Made by a program: the position numbers and the translations under genes. From the NCBI GenBank assembly GCA_963668695.2, contig CAXXLQ010000004.1, positions 2,528,001-2,592,000 of the forward strand: a DNA stretch of 64,000 bases. The letters are read 5' to 3'. Positions 29,551-41,370 of this stretch are shown piece after piece (within the stretch, counting starts at the first letter, position 1; every line of letters starts with the position of its first letter). A model generated the notes under the pieces. That model was not told the origin of the DNA and made no database searches. It was given only the letters and a program-made list of their open reading frames with translations. Origin of the DNA: Vicinamibacteria bacterium (GTDB lineage: Bacteria; Acidobacteriota; Vicinamibacteria; Marinacidobacterales; Marinacidobacteraceae).

Positions 29551-30951
29551 ATGACCACCGAACCCCACCCGACGCCGCCCGAGGGCGGCCGCATTTCCAT
29601 TCAGAACGGGCTCCTCCAGGTCCCCGACCACCCGATCATTCCCTTCATCGAGGGCGACGGCACCGGGCGGGACATCTGGCGGGCCAGTGTCCGCGTATTC
29701 GACGCCGCCGTCGAAGTCGCCTACGGCGGAGCGCGCCGCATCGAGTGGCTCGAGGTGCTGGCCGGCGAGAAGGCCTTCAAAGAGACCGGCGACTGGCTTC
29801 CCGAAGAGACGGTAGCGACCTTCCGGGACTACGTGGTCGGGATCAAAGGACCCCTCACCACGCCGGTGGGCGGCGGGATCCGCTCGCTCAACGTGGCGCT
29901 CCGCCAGCTCCTCGACCTCTACGTCTGCCTGCGGCCGGTGAAGTGGTACCAGGGCGTCCCGAGCCCGGTGTACCGCCCGGATCAGGTGGACATGGTCATC
30001 TTCCGGGAGAACAGCGAGGACATCTACGCCGGCGTCGAGTACCGCGAGGGAACCGCAGAGGTCAAGAAGCTCGTCGCTTTCCTCCGCGACGAGATGGGAG
30101 TCACGAAGATCCGCTTCCCCGAAACCTCGGGCATCGGCATCAAGCCGGTGAGCCGCGAGGGGACCGAGCGCCTGGTGCGCGCCGCGATCCGCTACGCCCT
30201 CGAGCAGGGACGGCGGAGCGTCACGCTCGTCCACAAGGGGAACATCATGAAGTTCACCGAGGGCGCTTTCCGGGATTGGGGCTACGCCCTCGCGGCGCGG
30301 GAGTTCCGCGCCGAGACGGTGAGCGAGCGGGAGAGCTGGATCCTGTCGAACCGGGAATCGGGCTCCGGGATCACCACCGTGGACAACGCCCGCGCCATCG
30401 AGCCGGGCTACGACCTGATGCCCGACGAGCGCCGGGCCGAGGTCCGGGACGAGGTGGAAGGCTGTCTGTCCGAGCTGTGGGATTCGCACGGAAACGGCCA
30501 GTGGAAGGAGCGCGTTCTGGTCCGGGACGCGATCGCCGACATCACGCTGCAGCAGGTCCTTACCCGGGCAAGCTCGTTCGATGTGATCGCCACCATGAAC
30601 CTGAACGGCGACTACCTCTCGGACGCCCTCGCCGCCCAGATCGGCGGCATCGGCATCGCCCCCGGAGGAAACATCAACTACGACACCGGACACGCCATCT
30701 TCGAGGCCACCCACGGGACGGCGCCCAAGTACGCCGACCAGGACAAGGTGAATCCCGGTTCGGTGATCCTGTCCGGGGTGATGATGTTCCGTCATCTGCA
30801 CTGGGAAGAGGCCGCCGACCTGATCGAGCGGTCCATCGAAGCCACGATCGCCCAGAAGCGGGTGACCTACGACTTCCACCGGCTGATGGACGGCGCGACC
30901 AAACTCAAGACCTCGGAGTTCGCGGATGCGATCATCGAGAACATGGCCTGA
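29551..30951 (+). CDS. icd: Isocitrate dehydrogenase (NADP, dimeric type)
   Basis: [57 protein letters not shown]. Confidence 0.97.
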   Translation: MTTEPHPTPPEGGRISIQNGLLQVPDHPIIPFIEGDGTGRDIWRASVRVFDAAVEVAYGGARRIEWLEVLAGEKAFKETGDWLPEETVATFRDYVVGIKGPLTTPVGGGIRSLNVALRQLLDLYVCLRPVKWYQGVPSPVYRPDQVDMVIFRENSEDIYAGVEYREGTAEVKKLVAFLRDEMGVTKIRFPETSGIGIKPVSREGTERLVRAAIRYALEQGRRSVTLVHKGNIMKFTEGAFRDWGYALAAREFRAETVSERESWILSNRESGSGITTVDNARAIEPGYDLMPDERRAEVRDEVEGCLSELWDSHGNGQWKERVLVRDAIADITLQQVLTRASSFDVIATMNLNGDYLSDALAAQIGGIGIAPGGNINYDTGHAIFEATHGTAPKYADQDKVNPGSVILSGVMMFRHLHWEEAADLIERSIEATIAQKRVTYDFHRLMDGATKLKTSEFADAIIENMA

Positions 30952-30997
30952 TCCGCGGGTTCCAGACCAACAGGAATTCCGCAAAAGGGGGTTGCAG

Positions 30998-31924
30998 ATG
31001 CGACCGAAAGTGACCGTGGTCGGCGCTGGCAACGTCGGCGCCACCACCGCCCAGCGGCTGGCCGACGCCGAGCTCTGCGACGTCGTCCTCATCGACATCA
31101 TCGACGGCATTCCCCAGGGGAAGGGCCTCGACATGCTGGAGGCCTGCCCGGTGACGGGCAGCGACGTCCAGGTGAGCGGCACCTGCGACTACGCGGACAC
31201 CGCGGGGTCCGACGTCGTGGTCATCACCGCCGGGCTACCCCGGAAGGCCGGGATGAGCCGGGACGACCTGCTCCGGAAGAACTACCAGATCGTGAGCAGC
31301 GTCACCCGCCACGCGATGGAGCATTCTCCGGATGCCATCCTGGTGGTGGTCTCGAACCCCCTCGACGCCATGGTGCAGACCGCGCTCCGGGCCAGCGGCC
31401 TGCCGAAGGCGCGGGTGGTCGGGATGGCGGGGGTTCTCGATTCGGCGCGCATGCGGGCGTTCATCGCTGCCGAAGTGAACGTCTCGGTCGAGAACGTCCA
31501 CGCCTTCGTGCTCGGCGGGCACGGGGATGACATGGTGCCGCTGCCGCGCTACTCCACGGTCGCCGGGATTCCGCTCCCGGACTTCATGTCCGAGGAAGCC
31601 ATCGCCCGGATCGTCGAGCGGACCCGGAAGGGCGGCGGCGAGATCGTGGCGTACCTGAAGACCGGATCGGCCTACTACGCCCCCTCGGCGGCCATCGTCG
31701 AGATGGTGGACGCCATCCTGAAGGACAAGAAGAAGATCCTTCCCTGCACGGCCTACCTCGAGGGCGAGTACGGCGTGGACGGCCTCTATCTGGGGGTGCC
31801 GGTCAAGCTCGGACGCTCGGGCGTCGAAGAGGTCATCGAGATCAAGCTCACCCCGGACGAGCAGGCCGCGCTCGACCGGTCCGCTGCCGCGGTCCGCGAG
31901 CTCACCGAAAAGATCGGCGTCTAG
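30998..31924 (+). CDS. mdh: Malate dehydrogenase (LDH-like)
   Basis: [38 protein letters not shown]. Confidence 0.96.
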   Translation: MRPKVTVVGAGNVGATTAQRLADAELCDVVLIDIIDGIPQGKGLDMLEACPVTGSDVQVSGTCDYADTAGSDVVVITAGLPRKAGMSRDDLLRKNYQIVSSVTRHAMEHSPDAILVVVSNPLDAMVQTALRASGLPKARVVGMAGVLDSARMRAFIAAEVNVSVENVHAFVLGGHGDDMVPLPRYSTVAGIPLPDFMSEEAIARIVERTRKGGGEIVAYLKTGSAYYAPSAAIVEMVDAILKDKKKILPCTAYLEGEYGVDGLYLGVPVKLGRSGVEEVIEIKLTPDEQAALDRSAAAVRELTEKIGV

Positions 31925-32095
31925 GAGTCCGTCCGAGGTATGAACGCGGCATTCGACGGGCGATTCATCCCGGCTGAATCGCTACGCTCATCGTTGCGCT
32001 TCGGTCGAAAGAGCGCTGCTATTCCTCCCTCACGCGCCTTGTCAGCCGGGCGCCTCGCCCGTCTCGGTGCTCGCGCCATACCCCGGACGGACTCC
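31924..32095. mobile_element. MITE family A core with variant arms
   Basis: GGAGTCCGTCCGAGGTATG / CATACCCCGGACGGACTCC inverted ends; fills the whole mdh-sucC spacer. Confidence 0.8.
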
Positions 32096-32097
32096 AA

Positions 32098-33267
32098 ATG
32101 AACCTTCACGAGCACCAGGCGAAGGGGCTCCTTGCCGAGTACGGCGTCCCCGTCCCGCGCGGCAAGGTCGCGTTCAGCGTGGACGAAGCGGTCGCCGCCG
32201 CCTCGGAACTCGGCCTCCCGGTGGTGGTGAAGGCCCAGATCCACGCCGGCGGCCGGGGAAAGGCCGGAGGAGTGCGCCTCGCCCGGACCGAAGCGGAGGT
32301 GCGGGCCGCCGCGGACGCGATCCTCGGCGCCACCCTGGTGACGAAGCAGACCGGGCCCGAGGGCCGGCTCGTGCGGCGGCTCCTGATCGAGGAAGGGGTC
32401 GCGATCGCCCGGGAGCTCTACGTCAGCTTCATCATCGACCGCTCGACCGGCCGCCCGATGTGCATCGCGAGCGCCGCCGGGGGAATGGACATCGAGGAAG
32501 TGGCGGCCGAGTCGCCCGAGAAGATCCTGACCGTGACCGTGGACCCGGCGATGGGAATGCAGCCCTTCCAGGCGCGCCGCCTGGCGTTCGGGCTGGGGTT
32601 CGAGGGGCAGGTCTTCAAGAACGGGACGAAGTTCCTGACGGCGCTCTACCGCGCCTTCGAGGGACTCGACGCCAGCCAGGTCGAGATCAACCCGATGCTG
32701 GTGACCGAGGGCGGCGAGGTACTGGCGCTCGACGCCAAGGTCTCGGTGGACGACAGCGCGCTTTTCCGCCAGCCCAGGGTCGCCTCGCTCCGCGACATCC
32801 ACGAGGAGTCGCCGCTGGAGGTCGAGGCCAGCAAGTACCGCCTCAGCTACATCAAGCTCGACGGCTCGGTGGGCTGCATGGTGAACGGCGCCGGCCTCGC
32901 GATGGCAACCATGGACATCGTGAAGCTGGCCGGCGCGTCGCCCGCGAACTTCCTCGACGTCGGGGGCGGAGCCAGCGCCGAGCAGATCGAAAACGCCTTC
33001 CGCATCCTCTCCTCGGACCCCGCGGTGCGGGTGGTGCTGATCAACATCTTCGGGGGCATCCTGCGCTGTGACCGCCTCGCGGAGGGCCTCATCGCGGCCG
33101 TCCGGAAGCTCGGAGTGAGCCTGCCGGTCGTGATTCGCATGGAAGGCACGAATGGGGAACTCGCCCGCCGGATGCTCGAGGAGTCGGGGCTCGACTTCAC
33201 TACCGCGAACGGCATGCGCGACGCCGCCAACCAGGTCGTCGGAAAGTTGAACCTAAACAGCCCATGA
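32098..33267 (+). CDS. sucC: Succinyl-CoA synthetase beta subunit
   Basis: [45 protein letters not shown]. Confidence 0.97.
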   Translation: MNLHEHQAKGLLAEYGVPVPRGKVAFSVDEAVAAASELGLPVVVKAQIHAGGRGKAGGVRLARTEAEVRAAADAILGATLVTKQTGPEGRLVRRLLIEEGVAIARELYVSFIIDRSTGRPMCIASAAGGMDIEEVAAESPEKILTVTVDPAMGMQPFQARRLAFGLGFEGQVFKNGTKFLTALYRAFEGLDASQVEINPMLVTEGGEVLALDAKVSVDDSALFRQPRVASLRDIHEESPLEVEASKYRLSYIKLDGSVGCMVNGAGLAMATMDIVKLAGASPANFLDVGGGASAEQIENAFRILSSDPAVRVVLINIFGGILRCDRLAEGLIAAVRKLGVSLPVVIRMEGTNGELARRMLEESGLDFTTANGMRDAANQVVGKLNLNSP

Positions 33268-33719
33268 ACAAAGTGAACCGGCATTCCCGAGCCAGAAGGG
33301 ATGGTGGTCGGGTGACCCCGCCCCCCGTCCCTTCCGCTCCGGGGTCTCCGCGGTGCTCGCGCCCCGCTCCGGGGTCTCCGCGGTGCTCGCGCCCCGCTCC
33401 GGAAGCCCGAGCCGGAAGGGATGGTGGTCGGGTAGCCCCGCCCCCCGCCCCTTCCGCTCCGGGGTCTCCGCGGTGCTCGCGCCCCGCTCCGGAAACGAGC
33501 GGCGATGCATCCCGGCTGAACCGCCCCCCCACCGGGAGAACTGGCGCTTTGCTCCGCTCGTCGTTGCGCTTCGGTCGAAATACACTCGGGCCAGTTCTCC
33601 CGGTGGGGGCTCCTCCCTCGCGCGTCTTGTCAGCCGGGCCCCCACCGGGAGGACTGGCCCCACCGGGAGAACTGGGCCTCACCACTCTCGGTGCTCGCCC
33701 CACTTTGCCCACGGACTGT
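33257..33719. mobile_element. Composite MITE family A copy with internal tandem duplications
   Basis: ACAGCCCATGAACAAAGTG / CACTTTGCCCACGGACTGT ends; duplicated internal blocks 33286-33492; four 18-nt motifs. Confidence 0.75.
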
Positions 33720-33730
33720 TCGGAGGCCGC

Positions 33731-34606
33731 ATGAGCGTTCTGGTCGGTAACGAGACCCGCCTGCTCGTGCAGGGAATCACCGGGCGCGAAGGAGCGTTCC
33801 ACGCCGCGGCCTGCCGCGACTACGGGACGACGCTGGTCGCGGGAGTCACTCCCGGGAAGGGGGGACAGACCGCCGCGGCAGGCGTGCCGATCTTCGACAC
33901 GGTGGCCGAGGCGGTGGCGGCAACCGGCGCCAACACCTCGTTCGTCGTCGTCCCGCCGGCCTTCGCCGCGGACGCCCTCTCGGAAGCGGCCGACGCCGGA
34001 ATGGATCTGGCGGTAAGCATCACCGAGGGCGTCCCGACCCGGGACATGGTCCGGGTGATGCGCGCCGTCCCGCCGGGCGGCACCCGCATTCTCGGCCCGA
34101 ACTGCCCGGGAGTCATTTCTCCGGGGCGAGCCAAGGTCGGCATCATGCCGGGATTCATCCACCGGGAGGGCCACGTCGGGGTCGTCTCCCGGAGCGGGAC
34201 GCTCACCTACGAGGCGGTGCATCAGCTCAGCCAGCGCGGCATCGGCCAGAGCACCTGCGTCGGGATCGGCGGCGATCCGGTCATCGGCACCTACTTCGTC
34301 GATGTGCTCGAGCTCTTCGCGGCGGATGACGAGACCGAGGCGGTCATCCTGATCGGCGAGATCGGCGGGGGCGCCGAGGAAGAAGCCGCGGAATTCATCC
34401 GGCGCGAACTCGACAAGCCGGTCGTCAGCTTCATCGCCGGCCAGACCGCCCCTCCGGGACGGAGGATGGGTCACGCCGGGGCGATCGTCATGGGCGGCAA
34501 GGGAACCGCCGCGGACAAGATGGAGGCGCTCCGTTCGGCCGGTTGCACGGTCGTCGAGAGCCCCGCCGATCTCGGCGCCGCCATGGAAGCCCGACTTCGC
34601 GCGTAA
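33731..34606 (+). CDS. sucD: Succinyl-CoA synthetase alpha subunit
   Basis: [35 protein letters not shown]. Confidence 0.97.
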   Translation: MSVLVGNETRLLVQGITGREGAFHAAACRDYGTTLVAGVTPGKGGQTAAAGVPIFDTVAEAVAATGANTSFVVVPPAFAADALSEAADAGMDLAVSITEGVPTRDMVRVMRAVPPGGTRILGPNCPGVISPGRAKVGIMPGFIHREGHVGVVSRSGTLTYEAVHQLSQRGIGQSTCVGIGGDPVIGTYFVDVLELFAADDETEAVILIGEIGGGAEEEAAEFIRRELDKPVVSFIAGQTAPPGRRMGHAGAIVMGGKGTAADKMEALRSAGCTVVESPADLGAAMEARLRA

Positions 34607-34828
34607 CAGCCCGTGGTGAAAGCACCCCGCACGAGCCCCAGGAGGTCGCGCGCGGCGAATCCGTCGGTTTGTGTGCGTGCGGGGCGCTTTCCCCACGGGT
34701 TGGTGGTGCGAATCGCTGCGCGATTCGCACCACCGTCTTTCGTGGGGAGGGGAAACCCCTCCCCACACCCCACCCCCGCGGCGCTGCGCGCCGCGAATGG
34801 ATGCCTTCCGGGTTTCACCACGAGCTGT
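34606..34828. mobile_element. MITE family B (family A-type arms, different core)
   Basis: ACAGCCCGTGGTGAAA / TTTCACCACGAGCTGT with TA on both sides; core recurs at 53274 and 59921. Confidence 0.8.
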
Positions 34829-34853
34829 TAGCCCCGAGCAGAAAGAGAAGAGC

Positions 34854-35273
34854 ATGAGAACGTTTTCCATCGTGAAACCCGACGCGGTAGCGGCCGGGAA
34901 CACCGGGGCCATCCTGCAGTCGCTGGAAGCGGCCGGTTTCCGGCTGGTCGCCCTGCGCCTCGTCCGGATGACCAAGGCCGAGGCGGAAGGGTTCTACGGC
35001 GTCCACCGCGAGCGGCCGTTCTTCTCGAGCCTCACCGATTTCATGTCCTCGGGCCCGGCGGTCGTCGTGGCTCTCGAGCGGGACGATGCGATCTCCGAAC
35101 TGCGGCGCTTGATGGGCGCCACGAACCCGGCCGACGCGGCTCCCGGCACCATCCGGGCGCGCTTCGCATCCTCCATCGAACGGAATGCGATCCATGGTTC
35201 GGATTCGCCGGAATCGGCCGCCTTCGAACTCGTGTACTTTTTCCCGGAATTGGAGGGTTCTAGCGGGCTCTAG
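34854..35273 (+). CDS. ndk: Nucleoside diphosphate kinase
   Basis: [29 protein letters not shown]. Confidence 0.97.
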   Translation: MRTFSIVKPDAVAAGNTGAILQSLEAAGFRLVALRLVRMTKAEAEGFYGVHRERPFFSSLTDFMSSGPAVVVALERDDAISELRRLMGATNPADAAPGTIRARFASSIERNAIHGSDSPESAAFELVYFFPELEGSSGL

Positions 35274-35418
35274 CGGGCTCTCCGGGTTTCATGGGACCCG
35301 TTGACAGTCCCCCGGCTGCGTGCCAGTGTTGACACGGCACCCCTTCACACGTACACACTCGTTGCCGCTCGGATCGTGGCGTAAAGGTACCGGGGAAGGG
35401 GTGGTACCGTTGGGAGCC

Positions 35419-35703
35419 ATGCCGGAGCAGAGCAACAACATCACGCGAGCCAACGTGATCGCGGTGGTTGCTGCTCTAGGAATTGTCGCTGAGGTCGGCC
35501 GGGAGGTTGAGGCGCATCGCTACGAGGAAGTTCGAACTAGCGGTCATCCCGTCATGGACCAAATCTATGGCGGCGAGGTGCCACCATCGGGGGAGATTTT
35601 CCCTAAACCTGTGTCGGGTTCCGACCCTGTAGACCACGCGGTAAACGCTCGTCCCGCTCGTTGGTCGTTCGCCCGGAAACGAACGGCGATGCATCCCGGC
35701 TGA
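35419..35703 (+). CDS. Small hypothetical protein, 3' end runs into a MITE remnant
   Basis: GGGAG SD + ATG, hydrophobic segment, lower GC. Confidence 0.35.
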   Translation: MPEQSNNITRANVIAVVAALGIVAEVGREVEAHRYEEVRTSGHPVMDQIYGGEVPPSGEIFPKPVSGSDPVDHAVNARPARWSFARKRTAMHPG

Positions 35704-35849
35704 ATAGCTCCGCTTCGCGTCGCCCATCGTTGCGCTTCGCTCGAAATACACTCGGGCCAGTTCTCCCGGTGGGGGCTCCTCCCTCGCGCGCCTTGTCAGC
35801 CGGGCGCCTCACCGCTCTCGGTGCTCACCCCACCTTGTCCACGGACTGC
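35673..35849. mobile_element. MITE family A copy lacking its left arm
   Basis: Core and right arm match the copy at 33489-33719. Confidence 0.75.
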
Positions 35850-35880
35850 TAACGCTGACGCCGGACGGAGGAAATCGAAA

Positions 35881-36465
35881 CTGGGAAGCATCAAGCCGGA
35901 TCGCTGGATCCGCCGGATGTCGAAAGAGCACCGGCTGATCGATCCGTTCGTGGACCATCAGGTCGGGCAGGGGGTCATCTCCTACGGGCTGTCCGCCTAC
36001 GGCTACGACATCCGCGTCTCCAACGAGTTCAAGATCTTCACGAACGTTCACACCACGATCGTGGACCCGAAGAACTTCGACGAGCGGAGCTTCGTGGACT
36101 ACAAGGGCGAGGTGTGCGTCATCCCGCCCAACTCCTTCGCACTCTCCAACACGATCGAGAACTTCCGGATACCGCGGAACGTCTACGGCATCTGCATCGG
36201 CAAGTCCACCTACGCGCGTTGCGGCATCATCATCAACGTGACCGGGTTCGACGCCGAGTGGGAAGGGAACGCGACGCTCGAGATCTCGAACACGACCCCG
36301 CTTCCGTGCCGCATCTATGCCGGGGAGGGGATCGCGCAGGTGCTCTTCTTCGAGAGCGACGAGGATTGCGAGGTCAGCTACCGGGACAAGAAGGGGAAGT
36401 ACCAGGGGCAGGAACGCATCACCCTGCCCACGATCCTCGGCCGGGGCTCCGGTTCCGGCACGTAG
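35881..36465 (+). CDS. dcd: dCTP deaminase, copy 1 (CTG start)
   Basis: [45 protein letters not shown]. Confidence 0.95.
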   Translation: MGSIKPDRWIRRMSKEHRLIDPFVDHQVGQGVISYGLSAYGYDIRVSNEFKIFTNVHTTIVDPKNFDERSFVDYKGEVCVIPPNSFALSNTIENFRIPRNVYGICIGKSTYARCGIIINVTGFDAEWEGNATLEISNTTPLPCRIYAGEGIAQVLFFESDEDCEVSYRDKKGKYQGQERITLPTILGRGSGSGT

Positions 36466-36491
36466 CAGCACTGGGCTCGGAATCGAAACCG

Positions 36492-37202
<711 letters not shown>

Positions 37203-37257
37203 GAATATAGCCGCGTGTAAGCGGTAAGGGGGCGTCGCCTCAACCGAGGAGAACACC

Positions 37258-38236
37258 ATGAGACGAATCATCCTCTCTCTTTTCGCAACGGGCCTGCTCG
37301 CTGCCTGTCCCGGGGATTCCGGGGTCCCTCCCCCGTCCCCGACCACGCCCCTCGCCGGCGAGGCGACGCCCACCGGAGGGGGTGGGAGCGGCCTCTCGAC
37401 CCTGAGCCTCGGGGATCCGAAGATCCTCACGGTGGTCAAGGAGCAGTTCATTCAGACCTTCGGCGACGACTCGTGCTCGGTGCCTGCCGGAGCGGTTGAG
37501 GTCAGCGACCAATGGCTCAGAGTCGGATCCGGGTTGCAGTGCCGCCAGATTGCCTGGACAATCGGAAACTCGGGGGGTAGTTGCGAGGCGGGTTGCAAGG
37601 ACTGGCCAGACCCCACTACCGAGGGAGAAGGCGAAGGCGCCACCACCGAGGAGACTCCAACCACCGAGGTCCCGCCGCCGCCCGTGGAGGACGCTGCCCG
37701 TGGAGGACCTGCCCGTGGAGGACACGCCCGTGGAGGACACGCCCATGGAGGACACGCCCATGGAGGACACGCCCATGGAGGACCTGCCGCCAGTGGACTC
37801 ATGCACGGCTTCCTTCGCGACATATACCCAATCTACGAACGAGGCAATACAAGCGGCGACTTGCGACTCTTTAACCCTTTGCAAGTGGGATGCTGGGAAA
37901 TGTGTAACCTGCCAATCGAAGTTGATTGACGGAGTCGGGACCTGCCTCGACAAGCAGGTGCCTGAAATCGTGCCAGGGACCGTGTCAGGGACCGTGCCTG
38001 AAACCAATAGGTGCGAAAACCCAGACGACGAAAACCTATACAACCCGCCGGGGGGCTTCGTGGCCGGGGTGTGGAGAGACCACGACTCCGTGTGTACAAA
38101 AAGAGTGCGGGGTGGAAAATGTGAGGCTCTTTATTGGGTCGGCGTGGTCGGGGCGAGCTCAGTCGAGGCGTGTTCCGTGCCGCCTAGCTGGTGTAGCGTC
38201 CTCGATCGAGGGGACATCGGACAATGCAAAAGATAG
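37258..38236 (+). pseudogene. Cys-rich lipoprotein, frameshifted at ~37693
   Basis: GAGGAG SD, lipobox LAAC; one extra base in the first of seven 15-bp repeats switches frame. Confidence 0.65.
37681..37786 (+). repeat. 15-bp tandem repeat x7 (PVEDT/PMEDT)
   Basis: CCC(G/A)TGGAGGAC(ACG/CTG); first unit is 16 bp. Confidence 0.93.
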
Positions 38237-38269
38237 GGCCTAACTCAGTGGTCAGAGTGTCCGCCTGTC
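38235..38269 (+). pseudogene. 5' fragment of a tRNA (Asp-GTC-like)
   Basis: TAACTCAGTGGTCAGAGTG D-arm, then TCCGC CTGTC; truncated after the anticodon. Confidence 0.5.
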
Positions 38270-38283
38270 TCCGCTCATCACTC

Positions 38284-38331
38284 AGGGCCGTAGCTCAGCC
38301 GGTTAGAGCGCCTGTCCGATAAACAGGAGGG
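38284..38331 (+). pseudogene. 5' two-thirds of tRNA-Ile(GAT), no T-arm
   Basis: TAGCTCAGCCGGTTAGAGCG D-arm; CCTGT-CCGATAA-ACAGG anticodon arm; no GTTCRA T-loop follows. Confidence 0.65.
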
Positions 38332-38384
38332 ACGAGGCGACGCACGGGTTCCGTCTGGTCCGGGTTCACGCCATTCTTTACGAC

Positions 38385-38585
38385 ATGGACGACAACGAAA
38401 TCCTCAATACGGTAGACACGGCCGACATCGACGAGGGCCTCTGCTCCGTCAACCACACTGTCGACTACACGTTTATCAAGTTCGACCGAACTGACGAAAT
38501 CGGCCGGGTCCTGCTTTTCTTCGCGCCCCGTACGACTCAGAACATCGAGGCGTCGGAGTTCACCTATCGGGTCTTCCCGGAGTGA
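38385..38585 (+). CDS. Short hypothetical ORF or gene fragment
   Basis: 66-aa ORF ending 3 nt before the second dcd repeat. Confidence 0.4.
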   Translation: MDDNEILNTVDTADIDEGLCSVNHTVDYTFIKFDRTDEIGRVLLFFAPRTTQNIEASEFTYRVFPE

Positions 38586-38658
38586 CTTACCGCTCTCGGT
38601 GCTCACCCCACCTTGTCCACGGACTGCTAGCTCTGACGCCGGACGGAGGAAATCGAAA

Positions 38659-39243
38659 CTGGGAAGCATCAAGCCGGATCGCTGGATCCGCCGGATGTCG
38701 AAAGAGCACCGGCTGATCGATCCGTTCGTGGACCATCAGGTCGGGCAGGGGGTCATCTCCTACGGGCTGTCCGCCTACGGCTACGACATCCGCGTCTCCA
38801 ACGAGTTCAAGATCTTCACGAACGTTCACACCACGATCGTGGACCCGAAGAACTTCGACGAGCGGAGCTTCGTGGACTACAAGGGCGAGGTGTGCGTCAT
38901 CCCGCCCAACTCCTTCGCACTCTCCAACACGATCGAGAACTTCCGGATACCGCGGAACGTCTACGGCATCTGCATCGGCAAGTCCACCTACGCGCGTTGC
39001 GGCATCATCATCAACGTGACCGGGTTCGACGCCGAGTGGGAAGGGAACGCGACGCTCGAGATCTCGAACACGACCCCGCTTCCGTGCCGCATCTATGCCG
39101 GGGAGGGGATCGCGCAGGTGCTCTTCTTCGAGAGCGACGAGGATTGCGAGGTCAGCTACCGGGACAAGAAGGGGAAGTACCAGGGGCAGGAACGCATCAC
39201 TCTGCCCACGATCCTCGGCCGGGGCTCCGGTTCCGGCACCTAG
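38659..39243 (+). CDS. dcd: dCTP deaminase, copy 2 (identical protein)
   Basis: Direct repeat of copy 1 at offset 2778 bp. Confidence 0.95.
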   Translation: MGSIKPDRWIRRMSKEHRLIDPFVDHQVGQGVISYGLSAYGYDIRVSNEFKIFTNVHTTIVDPKNFDERSFVDYKGEVCVIPPNSFALSNTIENFRIPRNVYGICIGKSTYARCGIIINVTGFDAEWEGNATLEISNTTPLPCRIYAGEGIAQVLFFESDEDCEVSYRDKKGKYQGQERITLPTILGRGSGSGT

Positions 39244-39250
39244 CGGCGAC

Positions 39251-39760
39251 GTGGAGCTGATCGCGGGCGCCGCTCTCCGGCGCCGGCTCGCCGACGATCC
39301 GCCGCTTCTCTCCGGCCTGGTGGATCCGGAGGTGCAGATCCAGATGAACGGAGTGGATCTCACCCTCGCCGAGGTGAGTCTCTTCGGGACGGGTCCGGGC
39401 CGGGTGGATTTCGACAACCGCAGCCGCCGCATTCCGGCGCCGGAACCGCTCTCGCCCGACGGCGACGGCGTCTTTCGGCTCCCCGCCGGGCCTTACTGGA
39501 TTCGCTACCACGAAGTGGTGAACATCCCGCCGGACGTTTTCGCCATCGGACGCACCCGGTCGTCGCTGCTCAGAAGCGGAGCGCAGATCGGCACCGCGCT
39601 ATGGGACTCGGGGTACCGAGGACGCAGCGGTTCCCTCCTGACCGTCCACCATCCCGACGGACTGGAACTCATCCGCGACGCCCGCATCCTCCAACTGGTG
39701 TTCTTCCAGTTGGCGGCGCCGGCCGAGCGGACCTACTCGGGCGAGTACCAGAACGAGTAG
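39251..39760 (+). CDS. dut: Trimeric dUTPase, archaeal/dcd-like type
   Basis: QMNGVDLTL, RSSLLRSG, TALWDSGYRG, YSGEYQ. Confidence 0.8.
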   Translation: MELIAGAALRRRLADDPPLLSGLVDPEVQIQMNGVDLTLAEVSLFGTGPGRVDFDNRSRRIPAPEPLSPDGDGVFRLPAGPYWIRYHEVVNIPPDVFAIGRTRSSLLRSGAQIGTALWDSGYRGRSGSLLTVHHPDGLELIRDARILQLVFFQLAAPAERTYSGEYQNE

Positions 39761-39881
39761 CTCCGGGCGCCCGGCGTAAACAGCAGCCGGACGGTCTTTC
39801 CCCCACCCGCGCGCCCGTCTGCCGGCGTGGCATGGCGGTTGCATTTCGGTAGAGACCGGCCACAATCAGGTCAACAAGTCC

Positions 39882-40925
39882 ATGCATTTCGTCATTCCGA
39901 TCGTTCTTTCCCTGCTGATGGCAGTTCCGGCTCCCGCTCAGCCCCGCTCCGACACGAACCTGCGAGACGAGATCACGTCGGCGATCGAAGAAGCGAATCT
40001 GCCGATCGGCATTTTCGAAGTGGAGGTGCGGGACGGAGTTGCCGTGCTGAGCGGGGAAGTGCTGGACGAGAGCACGCGGACGCGGGTGGTGGAGCTGGCG
40101 CTCTTCGTGGACGGGGTGGTTGCGGTCGAAACGGACATCGCCGTGCTGCAGATGGAAGAGCCGGAGGATGCGGAAGCCGAGGGAATCGCCTCCGAGGCGC
40201 CCGCGGCAGAAGCTGAGGAAGATGCCGCTCGCGCTCCATCGCCCCCGCCGGCCGCGCGGACCGCAACGCGCGCCGATGGGGCCGTGCAGGCCGAGGTGGT
40301 GCGGGAGATCGAGCGGGCGGATCTCGAAGGCGGCGATCCCCGGGTCATCGTGACGGACGGGGTCGTCCGGCTCACCGGGCAGGTCGCGAGCGCGTGGGAG
40401 TGGCGCGACGTCGTCGAGCGCGCCGAATCGGTTTCCGGAGTGCTGGCCGTAGATCCGGATCTCGAGGTCGCCGAGCCGGAGAGCATGGAGGACCTCGTCG
40501 AAGGGGTCCGGCGGGCCGTGCTCCGCTATTCGTACTACACGGTTTTCGACGACATCAACTTCGGGGTGGAAGAGCCGTACGAGATCGTCCTGCTGGGGTC
40601 GGTGACCGAACCGTTCAAGAAGACCGAGCTCGAGAAACGGGTTGCCAAGGTCTTTGGAGTGAAGAGCGTGGACAACCGGATCGAGGTCCTCCCGCTCTCC
40701 CCGAACGATCAGGACCTTCGCCGCGCCCTCTACTACCGGATCTACCGGGACTCCCGCTTCTCGGATCGGGCCAACCGGGTGAATCCCCCGATCCACATCG
40801 TGGTTTCGCGGGGGGTGGTGGCGCTTACCGGAGTGGTCCGGAGCGCGATCGAATCCCGGATTCTCGAGTCCATCGCCCGCAGCACGCCAGGGGTCTTCCG
40901 GGTAATCAACCGCCTCGAACACTGA
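39882..40925 (+). CDS. Multi-BON-domain exported protein
   Basis: Signal peptide; repeated V.V.DGV..L.G.V...GV..V.N.L motifs. Confidence 0.88.
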   Translation: MHFVIPIVLSLLMAVPAPAQPRSDTNLRDEITSAIEEANLPIGIFEVEVRDGVAVLSGEVLDESTRTRVVELALFVDGVVAVETDIAVLQMEEPEDAEAEGIASEAPAAEAEEDAARAPSPPPAARTATRADGAVQAEVVREIERADLEGGDPRVIVTDGVVRLTGQVASAWEWRDVVERAESVSGVLAVDPDLEVAEPESMEDLVEGVRRAVLRYSYYTVFDDINFGVEEPYEIVLLGSVTEPFKKTELEKRVAKVFGVKSVDNRIEVLPLSPNDQDLRRALYYRIYRDSRFSDRANRVNPPIHIVVSRGVVALTGVVRSAIESRILESIARSTPGVFRVINRLEH

Positions 40926-41336
40926 CAGCCGGTGGATAAAGTGGCGTGAGCGCCGAGGCTGGCGAGGCCCAGTTCTCCCGGTGGGGGTCCGGCTGACAAG
41001 GCGCGCGAGGGAGGAGCCCCCACCGGGAGAACTGGCCCGGGTGTATTTCGACCGAAACGCAACGATGAGCGCCGCGAAGCGACGCGGTTCAGCCGGGATG
41101 GATCGCCGGCCGAACGCCGCGTGGGTTTCATCACCGGTTGTTTGGCCGGGATGGATCGCCGGCCGAGCCCCCACCGGGAGAACTGGGCCACGCGGGTTTC
41201 ATTACAGGCTGTTTGGCCGGGATGGATCGCCGGCCGAGCCCCCACCGGGAGAACTGGGCCGCGCGGGTTTCATTACAGGCTGTTCAGCCGGGATGGATCG
41301 CCGCTCGAACGCCGCGTGACTTTGTCCACAGGCTGT
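40925..41336. mobile_element. MITE family A (reverse) with internal 71-bp tandem expansion
   Basis: ACAGCCGGTGGATAAAGT / ACTTTGTCCACAGGCTGT ends. Confidence 0.82.
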
Positions 41337-41370
41337 TACTTGGGCGGCCCCGGGGCCGCCCCGGCGAGCG

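Noticed and set aside
30310-30520. Insertion in Icd as a possible intein or novel domain
   Set aside because: No intein motifs; a similar-length insert is known in cyanobacterial-type Icd
38284-38373. Functional tRNA-Ile
   Set aside because: No T-arm, no matching acceptor 3' strand, and C instead of U at position 33
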